A DNA stretch of 63,088 bases, filler included. It is 6 parts of 6 records of this genome, joined end to end, with 100 filler letters (N's around TTAATTAATTAA, not from the genome) between each part and the next. Parts side by side here need not be neighbours in the genome. Positions count along the whole stretch, not along the records: positions 31,627 to 51,356 come from DRR723986_17051; 5 more parts are not named here. One strand, written 5' to 3'. The notes beneath the pieces were generated by a model that ran no database searches, was not told where the DNA came from, and saw only the letters and a list, made by a program, of their open reading frames with translations. Both the position numbers and the translations under genes were made by a program. This document shows positions 32,467-43,177 of the stretch, in pieces (positions within the stretch are counted from its first letter, which is position 1; each line of letters begins with the position of its first letter).

Positions 32467-33384
32467 ATGCTTGATCAAACACCAGCCATCGAAACTCGAG
32501 GGCTGACAAAAGTGTATGGCCGCAAAGAAGCACTGGCGGGTCTGACATTGCAGATTCCACGCAGTCAGGTCACAGCGCTTATTGGCCACAATGGGGCGGG
32601 AAAGACCACGTTGATCCGGCTGCTACTTGGAATGATGACGCCGACACGCGGTTGCAGCTCACTTCTTGGCCACGATAGTCACCAGCTTGCACCCGAGGTG
32701 CGTGCTCGGATCGGCTACTTGGCTGAAGGTCACTATCTGTGGCGATGGATGAGAGCCAAAGACGCGGCCAAGTTCCAGCGAGAGACGTTTCCCAAGTGGG
32801 ATGCAAAACTCTTCGATGCCATGCTGGAGTTCTTCGGTGTGTCACCGGACGCGAAAGTGCGGAGCATTAGCCGTGGCCAGCGAGCGGGCGTGTCACTGGC
32901 GATGACCCTTGCAACCGATCCAGAGTTGCTCGTGCTTGACGATCCATCGATGGGCCTCGATCCAGTCGCAAGGAGGGCGCTCGTTGAGGGCTTGTTGGCT
33001 TTTGCACGACGGGACGGCCGAACGATACTGATCTGCACGCACCTGCTGGACGACGTTGAACGCCTGGCTGACCGAATCGCGATTCTGAGCGAAGGCCGAT
33101 TGGTCGTGAACGCGGCGGTAGACAGCTTCCAACAGCGACTTTCGGGCTGGGAAATTGACGGCAGCGTGCCAAGCACTCCAGCCATTCCGGGGCTTGTCGA
33201 TGTTCGGTCGACGGGACACGCAACGCGATTGGTCGTTTCGGACGCGGACCAGGAGACGGAAGCGGCAATTCAGCGGCTTTCGGGGCACGCATCGCCCCAG
33301 CAACTCAGTCTTGAAGATGCTGTGCTCGCATACCTGCGTCCTTCGACGTCCGTTGGATCCATCTCAAATCTTATTGGAGCCTAG
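32467..33384 (+). CDS. ABC transporter ATP-binding protein (YtrB-like)
   Basis: Walker A GHNGAGKTT, signature ISRGQ, Walker B LLVLDDP, H-loop CTH; RBS GGAGG. Confidence 0.95.
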   Translation: MLDQTPAIETRGLTKVYGRKEALAGLTLQIPRSQVTALIGHNGAGKTTLIRLLLGMMTPTRGCSSLLGHDSHQLAPEVRARIGYLAEGHYLWRWMRAKDAAKFQRETFPKWDAKLFDAMLEFFGVSPDAKVRSISRGQRAGVSLAMTLATDPELLVLDDPSMGLDPVARRALVEGLLAFARRDGRTILICTHLLDDVERLADRIAILSEGRLVVNAAVDSFQQRLSGWEIDGSVPSTPAIPGLVDVRSTGHATRLVVSDADQETEAAIQRLSGHASPQQLSLEDAVLAYLRPSTSVGSISNLIGA

Positions 33385-33386
33385 CG

Positions 33387-35555
33387 ATGAAAACGATTGT
33401 TTGGAAAGAGTTGCGGGAGCAATGGCTTCTGCCCATCATCGCACTAGCGGTGATGACGACCGCCACGATGATGGCGTGCCTCGACACTGGGCTCATTCTG
33501 AATCGAGCATCATTCCTGGCTTCATGGACTATGGTTGCCGGTGTCTACGCCGCGATCCTTGGCCTGAGTCAGTTTTTCCGCGATGAGCGTGCCGAAAGCC
33601 GAGCACTGTTGCTGCACCGGGGATTGTCCACCAAGAAGATCTTTTGGGGCAAGTGCCTAGCAGGTGCTATTCTCTTCTCGGTCGCGATCGTTCCCCCGAT
33701 GATTGGAACCGCGATTTGGGTTGCACTCAACAACCAGTCTCAATTTGCCGGATATACCTTTCAGCTCTGGCCACCGGCTCTGCTCTGCTTAATGTGCTTC
33801 ATGGCATGGCCCGCTGGCGCAATGACGCTAATGCGAGAAGCCAGACTGTTCGGCAGCCGCCTGCTTGCGTTGCCGGCCGTTTTGCTGACGCTGCTGTTCT
33901 GCAGCGCTGTGATTTCCAGCTCGAATTATCTCATCAATACAGTACTTGCCTTGTTGTTGGCCACGGCTGTACTGGCCGTATTGCTACGTTCCGCCCAGGA
34001 GTGGTTCGTGCACCCGAGCCACATGTCTCGATCGACGCGTTTCGGTCTAACGTTGATTAACACAAGTGTTGTTGTGGCTGCAGCACTCACGGTGATCGTT
34101 GCGATCGTTGAGAACCTGGAACAACGCGATGTGAGACGGCTAAGGGCGATGCGCCAATACTCTGTCAACATCGACGACGAAGGGCGAGCGGTGTTGGTGT
34201 CGATCGGTATGAGAGAATTGAGCTCCGACGGAAGTCGCCAAAGTCTGATGGAAATTGCCGAGTTAAACAAAGACGGGGACGCTGTACAGAGGCTTGAACC
34301 GAACAGGGTGAAGACTGCATCGACCCAAATCTCGGTTTCGAAACCAGTTGCTGAGTACCAAAAAGCTTCTGGTGTGTTTCAGTATCTTGGCTCTCTTGCA
34401 CGGCCAGTCTACACAGACCAAGACCCACCAGGGGAGCTGAAAACCTATGAAGCACGAAGAGATCGCGGCAAGGATCGTGAGTGGCATTTCGTGCTGGACA
34501 ACCTTGTCGGTGAAATACTTGCGTACACCGAATCAGGCGAACTATCACACCGACTTACACCTGACAAGGTCAACGGCCGTGAGCGGTTTGGCTCCGTAGC
34601 TGAGAAAGGACACTGGAATTCAGGACTGCGGGTGCGGGACACTGCTGCAGCAGTGTCGCCAGCAAATACGAATTCCAAGCGTTTGGTGATCGAATTCGAC
34701 GAAGCAGTTTACGCAATCGACAACCGAGGCGAGGTAGCTGAGTTGCTGGCCTTCGACACCACAGATGCAAGAGAATCCCGTGGCAGTGAAACGCTGCACG
34801 GATTCGCGCGGATTTTACGATATCAAGATCGCATTTCTGTCATTTCGCGAGAGATGATGCCAATAGCTGGATCCAAAGAGGTGTTCAACTTAGATGGCGT
34901 CAAGTACTGGAGAAGGGACTTCCAACCACCAAACGATGTTCGCGACGCGGCGATCACTACCTGGGCTCTGCGGCCTGAGACGGACCGTCCCGTCGTCGTG
35001 TTAGCTGCCGATGTGGATAGAAAGTGGAACCATTTGTTGTACGACCGCGACGGTGAAGTGGCGGAGTCCAACGAGTATGTGCAAGAGATCCCAGTTGCCA
35101 GTTCAGCATCTCGTTATCGACCAGTGCTTGGTCTCGTGCCAGTTGCTTTGTTTGCGGGCTCTTTGGGATACGTGCTGTTGCGCTTCCCCGAACAATGGGA
35201 TGCAATGCAAGAGTCGATAGTGGAGCTGTTTTTCGCAGCTCCGCAGACGGCTTTGGTCGTTGCCGTTCAGTTGTTCTTGGGTGTTGTCTTAACTTGGCTG
35301 GCGTGTCGATATCGTCGCGTTGCAGCAGGGCATACGCGATGGTGGGTGTTATTTGGTCTCTTGTTCGGTCCAGCCGCCGCGGTAGCCATCCTGACGGTTT
35401 ATCCCCGAATCGGCTACGTAACTTGCAAAGCCTGCGGCAAATCAACTCGCATCGACGAATCCAATTGTGAAGCGTGTTCCGAATCGCTTGACCACTCAAG
35501 TCCGCTTGGCATCGAGATTTTCGACGAAGAGACTCCTCAGCCACAAGCGGCGTAA
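33387..35555 (+). CDS. ABC-2-type permease with large soluble insert and C-terminal zinc ribbon
   Basis: Starts IVWKELRE; about 7 TM, a roughly 330-aa soluble domain, 3 more TM, then CKAC...CEAC. Confidence 0.8.
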   Translation: MKTIVWKELREQWLLPIIALAVMTTATMMACLDTGLILNRASFLASWTMVAGVYAAILGLSQFFRDERAESRALLLHRGLSTKKIFWGKCLAGAILFSVAIVPPMIGTAIWVALNNQSQFAGYTFQLWPPALLCLMCFMAWPAGAMTLMREARLFGSRLLALPAVLLTLLFCSAVISSSNYLINTVLALLLATAVLAVLLRSAQEWFVHPSHMSRSTRFGLTLINTSVVVAAALTVIVAIVENLEQRDVRRLRAMRQYSVNIDDEGRAVLVSIGMRELSSDGSRQSLMEIAELNKDGDAVQRLEPNRVKTASTQISVSKPVAEYQKASGVFQYLGSLARPVYTDQDPPGELKTYEARRDRGKDREWHFVLDNLVGEILAYTESGELSHRLTPDKVNGRERFGSVAEKGHWNSGLRVRDTAAAVSPANTNSKRLVIEFDEAVYAIDNRGEVAELLAFDTTDARESRGSETLHGFARILRYQDRISVISREMMPIAGSKEVFNLDGVKYWRRDFQPPNDVRDAAITTWALRPETDRPVVVLAADVDRKWNHLLYDRDGEVAESNEYVQEIPVASSASRYRPVLGLVPVALFAGSLGYVLLRFPEQWDAMQESIVELFFAAPQTALVVAVQLFLGVVLTWLACRYRRVAAGHTRWWVLFGLLFGPAAAVAILTVYPRIGYVTCKACGKSTRIDESNCEACSESLDHSSPLGIEIFDEETPQPQAA

Positions 35556-35785
35556 CGCTGACGCGGTTCTGACGAACGCTTTGTAGAGTGCTGGCACAAG
35601 TTGACGACGAACCTTGACCGCGAGCAGAGAATCGGTCCGGGTCGATCAACCGCAGAGTGATTGGGCCTGTTGGCAATGGGCTTCAAGGAGCTGGTGGCGG
35701 GAGTACAATCTGGCGGCCTACAGCCTGAAGTTGTCCATTCGGGTCATATCTGCTCTGGACCAACGCTCTCCACCTAGCCTCGCCC

Positions 35786-36733
35786 GTGAATCAACGAACC
35801 GCCAATACATTGTTGTTGATTGCAGGAGCGATCTGGGGCCTCGGTTTCATCGCCCAACGGACGGCGATGGACAAGATCGATCCAATGATGTTCATTGGCT
35901 CCCGATTCTTGCTTGCCGGCCTGGCCGTCTTGCCACAAGCGATGCGTGAAGGGACGCGAACACGCCCGCTGAATCGATCTAGCTGCCAAAAGATCGTCAT
36001 CCTGGGAAGTGTATTTTTCCTCGGCATGCTTTTACAACAAATCGGACTCGTCACCAGCCGCGTCACCAACGCCGGTTTCTTGACTGCTCTTTACGTGGTG
36101 ATTGTGCCGATCATTTCTTGTTTTGTGCTGCGACAGCGTCAGTCGAACGTCGTGTGGTTATGCGCCGTTGCTTGCGTGCTTGGAACGTATTTGCTCAGTT
36201 TTCACAGCGCGACCAAGTTTACGCCTGGGGACATTTGGATTACCGCGGGAGCAGTGGTCTGGGCAGTCCATGTAATTCTGCTTGGCATCTACACTCGCGA
36301 CTTTAGCCGCCCGTGCACGATTGCTTGCGGGCAGTTCTTTGTAGTCGGAATGCTTGGATTTCTTTGCCTGATCGTGTTTTGGTCAGTCGCCCCGGAGTCG
36401 CTGAGCAGCGCGTTTGAACGGCCGACAGTATCAGGTTTCCTAAGCTGTCTGCCGGAGATCGTCTATGCTGGCGTCGTGTCCGGCGGAGTTGCATTTACGC
36501 TGCAAGCCATCGCGCAGCAGCACACTTCGGCGTCAATAGCGGCTATCCTAATGAGTTCCGAGAGTCTGTTTGCCGCCATCCTGGGAGCAGTGTTTTTAGA
36601 AGAGCGTCTGCAGACGCTGGGTTACCTGGGGTGCTGCATTATCCTGATGGCGATTGTTGCCGTGCAGGTCCTTGGCGAGAAGAGCAATCAAACAAACAAC
36701 GATACTGAGGAAACACAGAATGAATCACCATAA
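35786..36733 (+). CDS. DMT/EamA-family transporter
   Basis: IWGLGFIAQ, NAGFLTALYVVIVP, AFTLQ..AQ, ILMSSESLFAA; about 10 TM. Confidence 0.92.
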   Translation: MNQRTANTLLLIAGAIWGLGFIAQRTAMDKIDPMMFIGSRFLLAGLAVLPQAMREGTRTRPLNRSSCQKIVILGSVFFLGMLLQQIGLVTSRVTNAGFLTALYVVIVPIISCFVLRQRQSNVVWLCAVACVLGTYLLSFHSATKFTPGDIWITAGAVVWAVHVILLGIYTRDFSRPCTIACGQFFVVGMLGFLCLIVFWSVAPESLSSAFERPTVSGFLSCLPEIVYAGVVSGGVAFTLQAIAQQHTSASIAAILMSSESLFAAILGAVFLEERLQTLGYLGCCIILMAIVAVQVLGEKSNQTNNDTEETQNESP

Positions 36734-38450
36734 GCTTGTCCGAAGACTGTTGCTAAGCATTGCACCCATGCTTTGCTTCGGCGCACAGGCTACGGCGATT
36801 GAATTCGAAAAAGTGCAACTGAGCGACAAGTTTTACAGTGAAGGAGGCACTTTCGGCGACTACAACGCTGACGGTCATGGCGATGTCGCGATTGGGCCAT
36901 GGATCTACTTTGGGCCAGACTACGAGACCAAGCATCGGTTCTATGAGGGCGAGGCGATTGATCCCGCTGGCTACTCAAAAAATTTCCTCATGTTCACCGA
37001 TGACGTCAACGTAGACGGTCGAGCAGACATTTTGGTGATTGGTTTTCCTGGCAAAGAGAGTTGGTGGTACGAAAACCCAGGCCAGGATAGCCAGGCGCTG
37101 TGGAAGCAGCATGTGATGCTGGACAGTGTCGACAACGAATCACCTTTGATCACCGACGTTGATGGTGATGGCGTGAAGGACTTAGTCTGCTGCAACGGAG
37201 GGCACATCATCTACGCCAGTCACTCCGACCGTGATCCGAGCCAACCGTGGGCAGTGACGAAAGTATCCAAGAACAACGGTTACCAACGTTTCACCCACGG
37301 TCTCGGTGTCGGCGATGTCAACAACGACGGGCGACAAGACGTTCTTGCTAACGAAGGATGGTGGGAAAACCCTGGAAAGAAGCTTCCTGCTGAAGAAACG
37401 TGGCAATTCCATCCGTTCGCGTTCTCTGGCGATGCAGCACAGATGTACGCTGTTGATTTTGACGGAGACGGGAAGAACGAAGTCCTGGCAAGTGTTCACG
37501 CGCATGGCTTCGGTCTCGTCTACTACAAAGCCAACAATGACCAGGCAACAGATTTCACCCGAGTTGAGATCATGGGCGACTCGGACGAAAACAGCCCAGT
37601 TGGGATCGCCGTTAGTCAGTTGCACGGAGTCGACGTAGCGGACATCAATGGGGATGGAATTACCGACATTGTTACTGGGAAACGTTGGTGGGCCCACAAG
37701 AACAAGGACGCCGGCAATGAAATGCCAGCTACACTGCTTTGGTTTGAAACACGCCGGATGGGCAATCGAGTCAATTTTGTACCACACGTGATCGACGTTG
37801 GCAGCGGCGTCGGAACGCAGGTTTCCACCGGTGATGTTAACGGCGATGGGCTAGTGGATATCGTCTGTGGTATCAAACGTGGCGGCTATCTGTTCTTGCA
37901 GAAGCCCGTTTCCACCAGCGGCCCCATGGTTGCAGGACTGGCAGAGAAAGATCCGTTCGGTCAACGCTTGGCAACGGAGGTGGTGAAGAACGGCGACGAG
38001 TTCCTTCCCGCCATTGGTGGACGCGCCTTAGACTTCAGTTTTGAATCGGTCCAGCAATCGAGGGACTGGGAAGTTCGTGGCCCCATTTCGGCAGCAACAT
38101 TCCAAAGCGAAGACGACAACGGATTCCTCGCGACCCATCCTATGGCCCCTAAGGCGGTGGGCGAAGTGATCAGCCGGCCTTTTTTGATTCCGACAGCCAC
38201 ACTTAACTTCACCGGAAGCGGCGTATTCAAGGGCAAACGTAAGCCGACGGATATTGCTCGGGTTGAAGTTGTCTTGACCGAATCAGGCAAGGTTGTTGCT
38301 GCTTGGCCAGACGCCGACGCGGAAATTGGTCAGTCAAGCGATGTACAGTTTGATCTTGGTGCATTCGTTGGTCGTCCCGCTAGAATCCGCATCGTCGACC
38401 ACAGCGAAATCGGACACTTGGAAGTCGACAACTTCCACTTCACCAAGTGA
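36720..38450 (+). CDS. Secreted FG-GAP/VCBS-repeat beta-propeller protein with C-terminal beta-sandwich
   Basis: Signal peptide; repeated D.N/DGDG..D motifs (GDYNADGHGD, DVDGDGVKD, GDVNNDGRQD, DINGDGITD, GDVNGDGLVD). Confidence 0.88.
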   Translation: MNHHKLVRRLLLSIAPMLCFGAQATAIEFEKVQLSDKFYSEGGTFGDYNADGHGDVAIGPWIYFGPDYETKHRFYEGEAIDPAGYSKNFLMFTDDVNVDGRADILVIGFPGKESWWYENPGQDSQALWKQHVMLDSVDNESPLITDVDGDGVKDLVCCNGGHIIYASHSDRDPSQPWAVTKVSKNNGYQRFTHGLGVGDVNNDGRQDVLANEGWWENPGKKLPAEETWQFHPFAFSGDAAQMYAVDFDGDGKNEVLASVHAHGFGLVYYKANNDQATDFTRVEIMGDSDENSPVGIAVSQLHGVDVADINGDGITDIVTGKRWWAHKNKDAGNEMPATLLWFETRRMGNRVNFVPHVIDVGSGVGTQVSTGDVNGDGLVDIVCGIKRGGYLFLQKPVSTSGPMVAGLAEKDPFGQRLATEVVKNGDEFLPAIGGRALDFSFESVQQSRDWEVRGPISAATFQSEDDNGFLATHPMAPKAVGEVISRPFLIPTATLNFTGSGVFKGKRKPTDIARVEVVLTESGKVVAAWPDADAEIGQSSDVQFDLGAFVGRPARIRIVDHSEIGHLEVDNFHFTK

Positions 38451-38453
38451 TAA

Positions 38454-39323
38454 ATGAACGACACGAGACTCTTGAGGTCTGAGAATCGAGCAATGGATAA
38501 AGAATTCAGCATCGTCCCCACAACCGAAGAATTGGCAGCCCTTGGCAGGGATTTGCGATGCCACAAAGTTGAAAACGCGAACCCCAAAACGCTTTCGGCT
38601 GAACAGATCGCCGGTTACAACACTTCTGGTTACGTCGCCCCACTCGACGTTTACTCAAACGACGAAATCTCCGAAATCCGTGGCTACTTTGATGACTTGC
38701 TGGCGCGAGTCACCGCGGCTGGGGGCGATAGCTACTCGATCAGTTCAGCGCATCTGAAGTACGGGCCGGTCTACGACATCCTGACAAACAAGCGGATCGT
38801 AAGTTACGTGTCGGACTTGCTCGGCGAGAATGTTGTCGCTTGGGGATCGCATTTCTTTTGCAAGATGCCCCGCGATGGTAAGGCGGTTGCTTGGCACCAA
38901 GATGCAAGTTACTGGCCGCTTTCGCCATCGAAGGCCCTGACAGTGTGGTTGGCCATTGATGATGCCGACGAAGAAAACGCATGCATGAAGTTTGTCGCGG
39001 GTTCTCATCATCACGGACATATGACTTACCGCCCAAGCAGCCCTGACGAACACAATGTGCTGAACCAGACAATTGAAGATCCAGAGCAGTTTGGCTCAAT
39101 CGTCCTGGATCCGTTGAAAGCCGGGCAAATGTCGATCCACAGCGACCTGCTCCTGCACGGTTCGGAAGCCAACAATTCAGACCGACGACGATGTGGACTC
39201 ACTTTGCGTTACGCTGCTGCGGACGTTCGCGCGGAATTGGGTTGGAATGAAAAAGGGGTTCAAGTTCACGGAACCGACTCGTCTGGGCATTGGAGCAACA
39301 ACCCGCGACCATCGGCAGAGTAG
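38454..39323 (+). CDS. PhyH-family Fe(II)/2-oxoglutarate dioxygenase
   Basis: WHQDASYW, LTVWLAID, LLHGSEAN.S..RR; start may be 38493. Confidence 0.93.
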   Translation: MNDTRLLRSENRAMDKEFSIVPTTEELAALGRDLRCHKVENANPKTLSAEQIAGYNTSGYVAPLDVYSNDEISEIRGYFDDLLARVTAAGGDSYSISSAHLKYGPVYDILTNKRIVSYVSDLLGENVVAWGSHFFCKMPRDGKAVAWHQDASYWPLSPSKALTVWLAIDDADEENACMKFVAGSHHHGHMTYRPSSPDEHNVLNQTIEDPEQFGSIVLDPLKAGQMSIHSDLLLHGSEANNSDRRRCGLTLRYAAADVRAELGWNEKGVQVHGTDSSGHWSNNPRPSAE

Positions 39324-39413
39324 AGATCCCGAATCGGTACCGACAATATGTTGCCCTGGCATAATGTGGCTGACGCCCGAACTGCCGCTTGCCCCTTCGA
39401 GAGTGATCATTCG

Positions 39414-40925
39414 ATGAAACGCAGTCTTCTGTTCATTGCGAATCGCATTGCCTTTCTGGCGACCGCCATGTTGGCAACGTTTGATGCGGCGTGCGCGGCT
39501 GAACCATCACAGCCGATGAACTTGTTGATTATCCAGACCGACGAGCACAACTTCAGAACGCTAGGTTGCTACCGAAGACTGCTACCGGACGCCCAAGCCA
39601 AAGTCTGGGGGCCGAATGCAATCGTAGAAACGCCTCACATCGACTCCATTGCAAAACGTGGGGTCCTCTGCACAAGCTTCTATGCAACCAGTCCTGTCTG
39701 TACGCCCAGCCGAGCCTCTTTTTTCACCGGGCTTTACCCACAGAACACCGGAGCTCATACAAACAATCTGCCGCTTCACGATTCGGTTGAAACCATCGCA
39801 AGCCGCCTGAAGAAACAAGGATATCGAACAGGCTACTGCGGAAAATGGCATCTTGACGGCCCTGCCAAACCGGGATGGGATCCCGAACGTGATTTCGGAT
39901 TTGACGACAATCGATTTATGTTCAACCGTGGCCACTGGAAACACCTGGAGCTGACGGATTCTGGGGCCAAAGTTGGAGCGGTCGATGCAAAGGGCCGCCC
40001 GAGCTACAGTGCCAAAGGAGCGGACGCACAGTCCTTTACGACCGATTGGTTGACAGACCGAACGATAGACTTCATCGACAGTGATCCAGGCAAACCGTTC
40101 TGCTACGTCGTCAACATCCCTGATCCTCACGGACCCAACACAGTCCGGCCGCCTTACGACACGATGTTCGACCCCGCGGATTTTTCGCGCCCACGAACTT
40201 ATGATCAATCTGAAGAGCAAACGCCATTGTATTTAGGCCCGCTTGCGCGAAGGTTCAGCCCCGCCGGTATGGCGAAGTACTTTGGTATGGTCAAGTGCAT
40301 CGATGACAACGTCGGGCGTCTCCTCAACAAGCTCGAAGAGTTGGGAGTCTTGGAGCAAACCATTGTTGTAATGACTAGCGACCATGGTGACCTGTGCGGC
40401 GAGCATCATTTGGATAACAAGGGGAATCCCTACGAAGCATCAGCCCGAGTACCGTTCATCATCGCCGCACCCGGTATTTTGCCGCCAGAAAGAGTGCTGA
40501 ATCAAGCGATGTCCAGCGTTGACTTTGTTCCCACAATCCTGCCGCTTATGGGGTTAACTGACCACGCGGACGCGTCGCTGGAGGGTCGCGATCTTAGCAA
40601 ACTTTTTCGATCCACCGACAACGGCCCCTTTGCAGGCAACGCTGCTGCTGAAGAGATCGTGTTCTTGAGAAAGGCTGGAGACAAACCCGGTTGGATCGCA
40701 GCAGTCACCGATCGTTACAAATTGGTGCTGTCTGCTAACGACACACCTTGGCTCTTCGATTTGAAGACTGATCCCGACGAGTTGCAGAACTTCTATTCGA
40801 AGGAATCCCATTCGGCTGTTCGAAAACGCCTTGCTTCGGCACTGCTTGAATACGGACCGAAGTATAGCGACCCGCATATGCGGAATCCGAAAATTCTCGG
40901 TGACTGCCAACAAGCCGCAAATTAG
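39414..40925 (+). CDS. Formylglycine-dependent sulfatase (exported)
   Basis: CTPSRAS..TG.Y motif, GKWHL, SDHGD, LFDL.TDP.E; signal-like N-terminus. Confidence 0.95.
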   Translation: MKRSLLFIANRIAFLATAMLATFDAACAAEPSQPMNLLIIQTDEHNFRTLGCYRRLLPDAQAKVWGPNAIVETPHIDSIAKRGVLCTSFYATSPVCTPSRASFFTGLYPQNTGAHTNNLPLHDSVETIASRLKKQGYRTGYCGKWHLDGPAKPGWDPERDFGFDDNRFMFNRGHWKHLELTDSGAKVGAVDAKGRPSYSAKGADAQSFTTDWLTDRTIDFIDSDPGKPFCYVVNIPDPHGPNTVRPPYDTMFDPADFSRPRTYDQSEEQTPLYLGPLARRFSPAGMAKYFGMVKCIDDNVGRLLNKLEELGVLEQTIVVMTSDHGDLCGEHHLDNKGNPYEASARVPFIIAAPGILPPERVLNQAMSSVDFVPTILPLMGLTDHADASLEGRDLSKLFRSTDNGPFAGNAAAEEIVFLRKAGDKPGWIAAVTDRYKLVLSANDTPWLFDLKTDPDELQNFYSKESHSAVRKRLASALLEYGPKYSDPHMRNPKILGDCQQAAN

Positions 40926-40934
40926 CACTCTCTT

Positions 40935-42053
40935 GTGAATCCAGACTTTATGGACGCCCAATTTCCCGGCGATGCATCGGTTTTCTATGCGTTGCTACGA
41001 TACGAAGAAGCTGCCACGGCTCTCCGAGCTGTACTTGGCTTGAAGATTGTTGACCGACTCGGTGAACGTTCCCTCACGGCAGAACAGTTTGGAAACGAAT
41101 TCGGATTTCAACCACAGGCAACTCGGTCGTTCGGTGCGCTGCTGAAGTGCATGCACATTCTCTGTCCTGGCGAGGACTACCAGACAACAACTTCAGCGCG
41201 GCGTTTCTTGGCGGAATCGAGCACTGAGTCGCGTGGGCCCTACCTTTCGATGGGAGCCGACGCATCCGAGTTGATTGCGGTTCTGCGCGGCGAGTCCGAT
41301 GAAACGCCACTCTACGCCGTCGAAAACGAGCCCTCTCTGATGGAAGACGCTGAGACTAGCGACATCGCCGAGGCGGTTGCGTACGGGTTGGCCTCCCGCG
41401 CACGGGCCTTCGCTGAACCACTTGCTGACGTAGCCCACGCCGCGATAACGGCCCATGCAGACATTGCCTCCCCGACTTCAATCGTGGATCTTGGCGCGGG
41501 ATCCCCATATGTTGCCCTCGCGATGGCAAAGCAATTCCCTAGTGCGGACCGGATTGAGTTATTTGACCGTCAGCAGGGATTAACCTTTGCGCGGCAAATG
41601 TCGTCGGAGCTCAACCACGACGCAGGTGAGACAGCCAAGCCGCAAACGCCCGCTGGCGAGGGGCCTGCAGACCGACTGGCGTTCGTTGAAGGCAATATTT
41701 TTTCCGAGGTCCCCTCGGCCCAGTTATACTGCTTAAGCAATACGGCACACGATTGGCTTCCGCAGGAATATACGGCAATTTTGCAGCGTATTGGTCAGAA
41801 GATTGAGGATTCAGGCTGTGTCGTCATTCACGAACCATTACTGGAAACGTGTTGGGACGACGAAGCGGGCTGGCAGCGTGCTCTTTGGATGGCGTGCTAC
41901 GCAGTGACGCTCCTGAAGCTAACTGGCGGCAAGGGCACTTGTTATTCGCTGGAAGAACACGACAGCATCAATGCGTCATCCGGATTTGAACGCTTCGCAG
42001 GTCCGGCACCAACGGCCGACGGATGCACTGCATTGCTCTATCGCCGCAAGTAG
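40935..42053 (+). CDS. SAM-dependent O-methyltransferase (Methyltransf_2-like, with dimerisation domain)
   Basis: [24 protein letters not shown]-terminal winged-helix-like region. Confidence 0.85.
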   Translation: MNPDFMDAQFPGDASVFYALLRYEEAATALRAVLGLKIVDRLGERSLTAEQFGNEFGFQPQATRSFGALLKCMHILCPGEDYQTTTSARRFLAESSTESRGPYLSMGADASELIAVLRGESDETPLYAVENEPSLMEDAETSDIAEAVAYGLASRARAFAEPLADVAHAAITAHADIASPTSIVDLGAGSPYVALAMAKQFPSADRIELFDRQQGLTFARQMSSELNHDAGETAKPQTPAGEGPADRLAFVEGNIFSEVPSAQLYCLSNTAHDWLPQEYTAILQRIGQKIEDSGCVVIHEPLLETCWDDEAGWQRALWMACYAVTLLKLTGGKGTCYSLEEHDSINASSGFERFAGPAPTADGCTALLYRRK

Positions 42054-42103
42054 TTTCCGTCCGTCTTGAGCTACAACAACTAGGATCGCAACCGCACAGA
42101 CCG

Positions 42104-43171
42104 ATGCTTAAGAATGTTATTGTCACGGGAGGACTTGGTTACATTGGTCGCATTCTGGTGAGGCGTCTTGCTGCATCGGGATACTCAGTCACCATCATTG
42201 ATAGCGATCTGTTTTACGATGCCGACCATTCTGTTGAAGCTATCGCCGCGGAAGTGCGTCAAGCAGACATTCGTGACCTTACCAAAAAAGACTTTGATGG
42301 GGCCGATGCCGTCTGCCACTTAGCGGCATTGTCCAATGACCCGCTCGGCAATCTGGACGAAGACCTGACTCTAGAAATCAATCACGCTGCGGCGGTCCAC
42401 TGCGCTCGGTTGGCACGCGAGGCAGGCGTTCAGAGATTCTTGTTCTCGTCTTCATGTAGCTCCTACGGCGCGGCTGGCGATGAAATGCTGACCGAAGAGG
42501 CCGAGTTGCGTCCCGTGACGCCCTACGGCAAATCAAAGGTCCTGGCAGAACGCGATATCTCCGAACTCAACAGCGATGACTTTTGCACGGTGTCGCTCCG
42601 CAACGCCACGGCCTACGGCTACAGCCCGCGACTCCGCTTAGATTTGGTCATCAATGATTTTTGCGCTACAGCCCACCATGGTGGAAACTTGCTTATCAAG
42701 AGCGATGGGACTCCATGGCGGCCGTTGGTGCACATCGATGATATCTCGCACGCATTTGAGTGTCTGCTGGAGGCCGATCGCGGAGTGATTGGCGGGCAAA
42801 GCTACAATGTTGGCAGCGACCAGCAGAATTACCGCGTCAGCGAAATCGCTGAGATTGTCGCCAGTCAGATTGATGGTTGCGGCATAGACTACGCTGCCGG
42901 AGGCGGTCCTGACAAACGCTGCTATCGAGTGTCGTGTGCGAAGTTCAGGCGCGACGTCCCCGGATTTTCTACCCAATGGGACGTGGCGAAGGGAGCCAGG
43001 GAGATTGTTGACGCGTTTCACGAGCACGGGCTGGAGGCCGACGATCTTTCCAGCGATCGCTTCATCCGCCTCGCGGGCTTGGCGCGCCGACGAGCTGCTG
43101 GGCAAGTGGACAACCGCTTCCGCCCGGTCGAGCCCCTTCCATCGGCAGACTACTCGGTGCGTCAGAGTTAG
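42104..43171 (+). CDS. NAD-dependent NDP-sugar epimerase/dehydratase (extended SDR)
   Basis: [43 protein letters not shown]. Confidence 0.93.
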   Translation: MLKNVIVTGGLGYIGRILVRRLAASGYSVTIIDSDLFYDADHSVEAIAAEVRQADIRDLTKKDFDGADAVCHLAALSNDPLGNLDEDLTLEINHAAAVHCARLAREAGVQRFLFSSSCSSYGAAGDEMLTEEAELRPVTPYGKSKVLAERDISELNSDDFCTVSLRNATAYGYSPRLRLDLVINDFCATAHHGGNLLIKSDGTPWRPLVHIDDISHAFECLLEADRGVIGGQSYNVGSDQQNYRVSEIAEIVASQIDGCGIDYAAGGGPDKRCYRVSCAKFRRDVPGFSTQWDVAKGAREIVDAFHEHGLEADDLSSDRFIRLAGLARRRAAGQVDNRFRPVEPLPSADYSVRQS

Positions 43172-43177
43172 TCTGCT

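Noticed and set aside
38454..39323. PhyH protein as a halogenase
   Set aside because: It keeps the H-x-D...H facial triad (HQD), unlike H-x-A/G halogenases.
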